A stretch of 64,000 bases of DNA, from assembly GCA_051453625.1 (NCBI GenBank), contig JBOZIK010000001.1:5462695-5526694 (forward strand), written 5' to 3'. This stretch comes from Welwitschia mirabilis. Taxonomy: Eukaryota. The notes beneath the pieces were generated by a model that saw only the letters and a program-made list of their open reading frames with translations, was not told where the DNA came from and ran no database searches. The position numbers and the translations under genes were made by a program. Positions 56,501 to 64,000 of the stretch are shown one piece after another. Each line of letters begins with the position of its first letter. Within the stretch, counting starts at the first letter, position 1.

Positions 56501-58016
56501 GGTTATTGCACAACTCATTATGATTGGAAATCTTGTATTTTCCATATCTATATGATCAAGTCCTTAGGTTTAGAGTGTAGAAAAAAACTATTTAAAATCA
56601 TTTCTATTTTACTTAAATCTATTCTAAAAAGGTTAACATATTTTTTATTTCATTATTTATTGACACAAACAAAGTTGGAAAAACCTAGAAAATGATTCCA
56701 CTATTGAACCTTAGACTTTTTTTTATGATATCCTACTCTAGTTCCCTTGAAAAATGTTTGTTATGAGGTCAAGCATATACTTCCCATGTTTCTAGAAATT
56801 AATATGATATTATAAAATGATACAAGTCTTAGATAATAATATACAATGTACTAGAATGTCCATGTTAATGATTTTTTACTACAATAGCATGTAGGATTCC
56901 TCAAATAATGTAATATTTCACACTGAGTAAATCTTCCACCCTTCCTTCTCTTACTAATACTATAAAATGTTCTCACTCTAAATTATGGCTGGTTGATTGA
57001 AAATCTATGAGGCCAGAGTAACCACTGGGACTTGGCAATTATTCACCAAAGATCTCTTAAAACTATTTGTTCTATATCAAATGAACTTTTTCCTTTAATA
57101 TTCTATCTTAGAGTTATCATCATTTATTAAATATATTCCTATCTAATAGAATGTTGTTGAATCAAATAATAAAGACATTATTGAAAACTAAATGGGTTTT
57201 TAGAAAGAAAATTAAATACTTAATTTTAACAATAGGATTTCACATCTCCTCTTTAACAAGATTGGATAGATATAGAACTTAAAGAGAGATATCTTATTTC
57301 AAGATCTTCATCATGGAAGACAAAAACATAACTGAAAAGGTTGTTGTTTTCTACTCTAAGAAGAAATTATTGTAATAATGGAATACAGATAAATAGATAT
57401 CTCGGGTTGATTTTCAGCATGGAAATATGTCCTATATTCAATTATAAATAGGACATATTTCCATGATAATCATAATGAGCTTTGGAATTTATTATTTGAA
57501 TTTGGTAGAACTTGGAAGGAGTCATGTTGTAGTATATAAAGAATCATCAAAATACTTTCTTTTTTTCCATTAAAAAAGAAATTTTTTTGCTTTTACTTAA
57601 TAGAATATTCATATTTGTGTCCATTCCATAATAATAAGCAAAAAGAATCAATATTATGTAAAGAAAATATTATGTATGCCTTAAAGATAACTCAAAGATT
57701 CATGCTTTTTAGCATGATATTTTAAGTCTCGCATGTCTATCATTTTATCATCAAGGCATCCTAAAAGGGAATTAGATTTCATGAAGTAGATATCTATCTT
57801 ATTAGCACTTATTTTGATATATGGAATAAATATAGAATCTATGACAAAGAAAAATAGAGTATTGAAGTATTGATATCAATCATTCATCTAAGTTTAGGTT
57901 GAATCATCTGAATTCTACATAAAGGGATTTAAGTGGAATTCAAATTCTAGGAGAGTTCTAATTTTGTGTATTTTTTAAATTCCTTTATTGATTAGAGATC
58001 TAATTAATCATTAGAA

Positions 58017-58185
58017 GATGAGTGAAATTCCTAAAAAGGGCTTTTTATAGTTCTAAAAAGTCTAGCAAGAATCAAGAACAGAAAGAGCTCTCCCTTTTTC
58101 CACCTTTGAAGAATGAGTGATTACCCTTCTCCAACCCTTCTTGCCTAACTAGAGTAGGTAGCTTATGCATTTCACTTATCGAATT
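58017..58185 (-). pseudogene. trnA: Plastid trnA-UGC group II intron fragment
   Basis: The reverse complement ATAAGTGAAATGCATAAGCT...AGGGTTGGAGAAGGGTAATCACTCATTCTT...GGAAAAAGGGAGAGCTC matches the trnA intron as I recall it. Confidence 0.75.
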
Positions 58186-58312
58186 AAGGTATATCAGCAG
58201 TTTGTGATTTAATCATCTCTTTGCTATATGTATCTTTACTACATGTAGAAGAAAGTAGGGTTAAGGAGTTTATTCCTCTACCTATACTGAGTAATTAATA
58301 GGACTCAAGAGG

Positions 58313-58561
58313 ATTCGCCTAGCTATTGATGTAGGTCTTTCTGTTTCTAGAGTAGGATCCATGACTCAGATAAAAGTAATGGAATAAGTAGTAAAACAAT
58401 TAAAGTTAGAATTATCTCAAATTGTAGAATTAAAATCATTTGCATGATTTTCCTATGGCCTTGATAAAGGTACTCGATATAATCTTGCAAGAGGTCAATG
58501 ATTACATGAGATGCTTAAACAATATCAATCATCTTCTTTAGCTATAGAAGAATAAATAGCA
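58313..58561 (+). pseudogene. atpA: Plastid ATP synthase CF1 alpha C-terminal fragment
   Basis: [79 protein letters not shown] aligns to plastid AtpA (LARGQRLRELLKQSQS), not to mitochondrial Atp1. Confidence 0.92.
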
Positions 58562-58639
58562 TGAAATTCTTTAGACCTAGGATCTAGGATTTTTCATAAA
58601 CATTGATAGGATCTAGCATATTTCTTTAAGATAAGAGAA

Positions 58640-58916
58640 CCTTAGTTCCACTAACCAAATAAATGAATGGTGAGGTTTGAATGAAAAAGTTTTTATGATG
58701 GATAACTAGGTACCTAGAGAGGAGGAAGGGCATAGATCTACTTAAATAAATACAAGATTTACTTCAGTGATAGAGTATATTCATTAGAAAATATTTAAGC
58801 AGTGGTGTAGTATTAGATCCTAAAGATGAGTACTTTTCTAGTTAAAGAAAGCATTCTTTTTTGTATTTTATATAGGAATAGTTACTTTTCACAAAGACTT
58901 ACATATCTTATGAGGT
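58640..58916 (+). pseudogene. Plastid group II intron-like fragment (possibly a ycf3 intron)
   Basis: GCAGTGGTGTAGTATTAGATCCTAAAGAT resembles a remembered ycf3-intron motif. It ends in TATGAGGT, like the start of domain V. Confidence 0.45.
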
Positions 58917-58918
58917 TA

Positions 58919-58972
58919 ATAACTATTGAAAGCATATAAGTAAAAAGCCCATCCCAAGGTGAGTACTCTCTA
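58919..58972 (+). pseudogene. rrn23: 3' end of plastid 23S rRNA gene
   Basis: ATAACTATTGAAAGCATATAAGTAAAAAGCCCATCCCAAGGTGAGTACTCTC versus ATAACTGCTGAAAGCAT.TAAGTAGTAAGCCCACCCCAAGATGAGTGCTCTC. Confidence 0.88.
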
Positions 58973-59054
58973 ACTTACTTACCTCTAGGTGTCAACATAG
59001 CTAAAGGTAAGATTATTTATCCTTGCATGGGGTTGAGTAACCTACTTAGTAAGA

Positions 59055-59158
59055 TAAGATCATGATGAGACGAGATATTTATCATTATGATAGGTGTTAA
59101 AGTGGAGATGTAATGATGTATGTAGCTAAGGAATCCTAAAACACTGATAGATTTAAAC
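59055..59158 (+). pseudogene. rrn4.5: Plastid 4.5S rRNA pseudogene
   Basis: GAGACGAG...TTTATCATTATGATAGGTGT...GTGG...TGATGTATGTAGCTAAGGAATCCTAA matches the rrn4.5 consensus. Confidence 0.92.
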
Positions 59159-59380
59159 CTTATTCCTACATAACCAATCTGATCAATCTGATCAGTTACT
59201 AGTCATTGGTTTTTATTGTGCAATTGTTTAATAATAAGAAACTAACCAACAAAAAGCTTTGCCCTATCTATCTCTTAGATAGAAGGGTTTTATACCTAAA
59301 AGGAAAATCATTCCTTCTAGAATTGGAGACTAACAGACAATGCCTTTCTCTTATGTCATCCTTATTATTATTTGGTTGGA

Positions 59381-59529
59381 GATTCTGGTGTCCAAGTCAT
59401 AAAGGAATCACACTAACCTATCATTTTAAAGTTTTTAAATAAAATAAATCTTGAATTTGGTAATTAAACTTTACTATAGTGATGATACTATGGCAAACAA
59501 CCCATGGGAAAATAGCTTGATGCCATAAT
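59381..59529 (+). pseudogene. rrn5: Plastid 5S rRNA pseudogene with a 28-bp insertion
   Basis: ATTCTGGTGTCC...GGAATCACAC...TTAAACTTTACT...GATAC...GAAAATAGCTTGATGCCA. Confidence 0.9.
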
Positions 59530-59730
59530 AAATGAGAAAAAGCTTCATGTTTCTTATTCCAAGATTGTTTTCTTTCAAATCCCATATCTAGTGTACATTC
59601 TATCATTTCTAATCCATAAATTGAAATGAAATACCTAGTGAGAAACTTGCTTCTGTATCCTTTAAACTTGAAATGTCTAAGATAAGAAAAGCTTTTAGAA
59701 GGAACTCAGGGGAACAAATCTCTATAGAAA

Positions 59731-59804
59731 AGGCCTATAGCTTAGAGGATAAGAGCATATGACTACGAATCATAGTGTTAGGGGTTCATATTCCTCCTCA
59801 CCTA
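59731..59804 (+). pseudogene. trnR-ACG: Plastid tRNA-Arg(ACG) pseudogene
   Basis: 74 nt, ungapped against the canonical plastid trnR-ACG with 17 substitutions by my count. The ACG anticodon is retained but the stems are damaged. Confidence 0.93.
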
Positions 59805-59948
59805 GGACCCAAAAAAATGCAAAAGGGAAGGTCATTTACCCTTTTATTTAGGAATAGAAAGATTCCGATTGGGGTAGAAGATGCTAAACAAGTTATTATG
59901 AAATAGTATGGGTCCTTACCCTTATTGTATAGGATATCCAACCCTTGT

Positions 59949-60020
59949 TCCCCAATAGCTCAGTGGTAGAGAATTCAACTAATAACTAATTCATCATAGG
60001 TTCAAATCCTACTTAGGGAG
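59949..60020 (+). pseudogene. trnN-GUU: Plastid tRNA-Asn(GUU) pseudogene
   Basis: TCCCCAATAGCTCAGTGGTAGAG...TAGGTTCAAATCCTACTTAGGGAG, 72 nt. The anticodon is mutated from GTT to AAT. Confidence 0.9.
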
Positions 60021-61139
60021 CCCTTTTTCTTTAAAGGCTTTGAGCATCAAGCCTAGGAAAAAAAGGTTAGATGCTAACCAATCCAAAACAAATATGATTA
60101 CCTTTCCATAAGTGATGAAATGCTATTTTTATTTTTATTCTATATCTTTTTAGCAGAGATCAAAGCCCTCTGTTTCTATTGTTTAGTAGCTCAAAACTTT
60201 TTGGAATGGGATCCTCAAAAACCTAAAGAAAAAAGAAAAACTTTATTCTAATGGCTTTGAGCTATATACCCCTATTTTACTCTAGTTGTTTGTGTGTTAT
60301 GTCTATTTTTGGATTAATGTTTTATCAAAAAATGAACTTTTCTTATTTAGAATTAAAAATATTCCAATGGTTTTTGCTACTGTAACCTTCCTAACCAAAA
60401 ATCCCTTTAGTTAAACTATTTCTAAGGAGGTAGGAATGGTTTAGAACTAAGATAAAAATCAAGATGTTCTTTTTTTTCAATATTTAAAATTCTCATTAAA
60501 AATGATATAACATGAAAAAACAGTAAGGAAACTACTAAATGATTAAGGTCCTATGAGATAATGAGAAAATGTGTAAATGAATTTGAAATATTTTCAAAAA
60601 TCAAAGAAACATGGAGTGAAAATGAATACAAGGAATAAGAAGATGATTGTTTACTTATCCTAAGTACTAGTTTAGTAAACTCTCAAGGAAGATATCATAA
60701 AGTCATCTAAGTAAATATGCAAAAAGGCAGTGATTATGGTGATATTCAAAGCTTCAAGTACATAGAAGAATAAATGTTAAAATCAAAAGTTACTTAGAAA
60801 TGAACTCACCTACTCTCATCTCACAAACACACCTAAATCTTTAAAAGTAAAATGACCAAGTGGAAATACTAAAAGTCTAGAAAATAAGCAATACTTATGA
60901 TGACATCAAGAACACCACTAATATTATAGCCTTAAAGTTTATTTCCTTTTCTATGATGAGGGGAGTGCAACCACTATTAGAGGAGTAGGGACCCATAAAG
61001 CATGGCCTCCCCAGTGGAATTTTTAAAGCTACCAATACTACCAAAGATTCCTTTTAAAAAAATTTACCCTAGTATGGTAGAACATCATAGTGACCATGTA
61101 TTTTTATTTGAAGCATAGGATATAATAGATCATTATTAT

Positions 61140-61878
61140 TCTCTCTCTCCCCCCCCTCCCCTCCCTCGCTTTTTTTAATTAAAAATTTTCCACATAATTA
61201 CACACCCAAAGAGATAAAGGTGAATAAGTAAGGTAGAAGATAGAAAAGAATACTTTCAAATAACCCAAGACCTTAACACTATTGAAAAAAGAACAAGAGA
61301 CTAAGGCATGTTCCTTTAAATGAAGTATATAAACATGGGAATGTTTGTAAATTAGGTACATCCAATCTTATCACTATAAATGTCTAAGTATGAATACGAA
61401 TTATGAAACTTTATAAAGTGATACATAAGTCAAGTTTGAAAGATGAACAAGTAACATCATAATGTTAATTAAATGAGTAGGCTAAGAAATAACTTAGACA
61501 ATGATAAGGAGGAAATTCTCCTCATCAATAAAAAACTCCAAAATAAGCACTTCTATCATGTTCATGATTGCATCTAAAGATCCTTCATATAATTTCAACC
61601 ATTGTCATTAATCTTCTAAATCTCTCTAGTTTTTAAGTCTAAAATCTCAATTGAGACATTAAAATGCACTTTTTATACAAGGTAAGGACCTAACCATTTA
61701 GATGTCATCTTGTTATTTAAAATGTGAACTTTAGTGTTGTATAACAAAACAAGTAGACAGGGTTCAAATTTTTTATGANNNNNNNNNNNNNNNNNNNNNN
61801 NNNNNNNNNNNNNNNNNNNNNNNNNNNNNNNNNNNNNNNNNNNNNNNNNNNNNNNNNNNNNNNNNNNNNNNNNNNNNN

Positions 61879-61940
<62 letters not shown>

Positions 61941-61948
61941 TCTCTCTC

Positions 61949-61987
<39 letters not shown>

Positions 61988-62586
61988 CTAAAAAATGTTT
62001 ACATGATTACACACTCAAAATGATGAAGGTAAAGAAGTGAGATAAAGGATAGAAAAGAATACTTTCAAATAACCCAAGACCTTAATACCATTGAAAAAGG
62101 CATAAGAAACCAAGGTGTCTTCCTTCAATGAAGTCCATAGACATGGAAATGTCTTAAGATTGGGTGAATCCAATCTTACTATCATAAATACCCAAGTATA
62201 TAACTAGTCATGAAACTCCATAAAGTAATGCATAAGTTAAGTTTAAAAGATATTCAGGTAACATCATAACATCAACCAAAGAAGTAGACTAAGAAAGAAC
62301 TTAGACAATGATAGGGAGTAAGTCCTCCTCATCGAGGGGAACCTTCAAAACAAGAACTTCTATCATCTTTATAGTTATGTCTAAAGATCTTTTATGTAAT
62401 TTTATCCATTACCCATTAACCTTATGAATTTCTCAAGTCTCTAAGTCTAAAATCTCAACTAAGCCATTAAGACACACTTTTTGTACAAGGTGAGAACCTA
62501 ATTATTTTGAGGTTAACTTATTATCCAAAAGATGAACTCTAGTGTTGTATAATAAGACAAGTTAACTAGATTCAAATTTTTTATGA
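61140..62586. repeat. Diverged tandem duplication (~0.64-0.7 kb units) of the integrase C-terminus and downstream sequence
   Basis: 61240-61778 and 62048-62586 are collinear, both end TTCAAATTTTTTATGA, and each unit starts with a CT-rich tract. Confidence 0.88.
61879..61980. repeat. (TC)n microsatellite adjoining a gap
   Basis: About 100 bp of nearly pure TC repeat. Confidence 0.97.
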
Positions 62587-64000
62587 AATATCTTTTTATC
62601 ATGTTTGAAATTTGCTTAGGCTTTATGGATTAATTGATGATGTATGGCATGAGTTCTTTTTTATTAAAATGTTGTAATTGGTCTAATATATATTTAAAAT
62701 TTTTATGAAAATCCACAAGCTTAAGTTGATGGGATACACAATAAGAATTATAATATACATCAATAGGTAATACACAAACTTTATTGTACATAAGTTTGTA
62801 AGGTGAAAAACCAAAAGAAGTATGTCAAGTAGTATGATAAGCCCAAAGTAAATATTTAAGTTTATAAGTAAAGATAATTTTTTATAATATTTTCTTTATT
62901 CTTCTCTATTAGCATTTTTAGCTTGTTCATTAGTTTAAGGATGATAAGCACAATCTATTCTATGTTATATACCAATGGATAAATGAAGTTTCTTAAAAAT
63001 CTGATTAATGAAATGAGTACTCTGATCAATAACGATAACTCTAGGAAAACTAAATCTATAAAAGATATGAATTTTAAGAAAATTATAAATAGTTTAGGCA
63101 TTATGCAAAGAAGTGGGTTTAGCTTTAATCCATTTAGTCACATAATCCATAGCCACTAAAATGTAATACTTATCAAAAAAAGATGGATGAATAGGATCTT
63201 TGCAATCAATACCCCAATAATCAAAATGCTCATACTCAAGAATAAGTCTACGGGGCATTTCCTATGAACAAACAAGACTACCATAACATTGACAAGAATT
63301 ACATCTTCTAGCAAAATCAAAGGAATCATGAAAAATAGAAGATCAATAAAAACTAGAATGAAGGATTTTTCATCACTTTTTTATATCCACTAAAGTATCC
63401 TTCATAAATACCACAATGACAAAGATGAAAGATTTTAGGCATTTCCTAATTAGGCATATATTTTTTCATAATTTATTCTTTACACCTATGATACAAATGT
63501 GGTTTTATCCACTCATTGTCACCAAATCTATAGAGAAAATATTTGTGTTAATTATAAGTCTAATGTTGTGGTGTTTTCATGGTCATAAGATAATTAACAA
63601 TGTTTACATACCAAGAAGGAGGATAAGAAGAAGATACAGTAAAAAGCTAATCATCAAGAAAGGAACATCAATGATAGAATCATCTAAAAGAGAAGAAAAA
63701 TAAGATAAATGATCGACAACAAAATTATGCTTCCTTGCTTTATCTATGATGGTCAAGTTAAATTATTACATAAGGTGAATCCATTTAATCAAATAAGAAC
63801 TAAAACCTTTCTTGATTATGAGGTAACAAATGGCATCATGCTTAGTGTAAACATTGGTGTTACGGTGTTTTTTTACAACATTATATTGATTTTGATTTTC
63901 TAATTTTGTTTAGCACCTCTTTTTGGTATTTTAGGTCTTAACCTTTTGTCTATAACAAGGTCTAAATACAAGGCAATATTTATTTAAAAAGTATAACTTA
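62380..64000 (-). pseudogene. Ty3/gypsy RNaseH-integrase pseudogene (probably element D)
   Basis: The minus strand gives FNLTIIDKQG...VVDHLS (~63700-63770), FDYWGIDC (~63201-63225), VAMDYVTKWIKA (~63121-63156) and the integrase C-terminal VLLYN...GS/PY motif. Confidence 0.85.

Larger units (their letters stand above)
57400..60420. other. Mosaic nuclear plastid DNA insertion (NUPT); firm core 58017-60020, outer edges uncertain
   Basis: Contains recognisable decayed plastid trnA intron, atpA, rrn23, rrn4.5, rrn5, trnR and trnN sequences. Confidence 0.9.

Noticed and set aside
56900..57400. Additional plastid fragments (ycf1 or intron-like)
   Set aside because: The composition is suggestive, but I could not match it convincingly to a specific plastid locus without a search.
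59731..60020. Functional tRNA genes
   Set aside because: Stems are disrupted by many substitutions and the trnN anticodon is mutated, so they are called pseudogenes.
440..63903. ORF-track entries as host genes
   Set aside because: They are N-gap read-throughs, short low-complexity AT-rich frames, antisense frames, or TE fragments. None resembles an intact host gene.
1..64000. Fungal RIP as the cause of C>T decay
   Set aside because: Plastid DNA and plant-type Athila, SIRE and L1 elements indicate a plant, and methylcytosine deamination is a sufficient explanation.

Overview
This is a very AT-rich, CpG-depleted, gapped plant nuclear region (heterochromatin-like) with no intact protein-coding gene that I can support. 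It consists of old, stop- and frameshift-riddled transposons. A + strand Athila-like Ty3/gypsy element (~6.1-33.4 kb) is interrupted in RT/RNaseH by a Sirevirus-like Ty1/copia element (11552-19344, two ~1.6-kb LTRs, TSD CACTT/CACCT). It is also interrupted in integrase by a pol-less gypsy element (20133-31582), which itself hosts a second Sirevirus-like element (23463-~28214). Further on lie a minus-strand L1-type LINE (~36-39.9 kb) and another + strand gypsy (~45.4-52 kb) cut in integrase by a minus-strand gypsy. The most distinctive feature is a decayed, mosaic chloroplast-derived insertion (NUPT, ~57.4-60.4 kb). It joins non-adjacent plastome pieces (trnA intron, atpA, an intron-like piece, rrn23 3' end-rrn4.5-rrn5-trnR-trnN), has trnN in a non-canonical orientation, and appears to lie inside the minus-strand gypsy. 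All comparisons were made by eye against remembered consensus sequences, and no database search was run. I found no evidence of a novel coding system.
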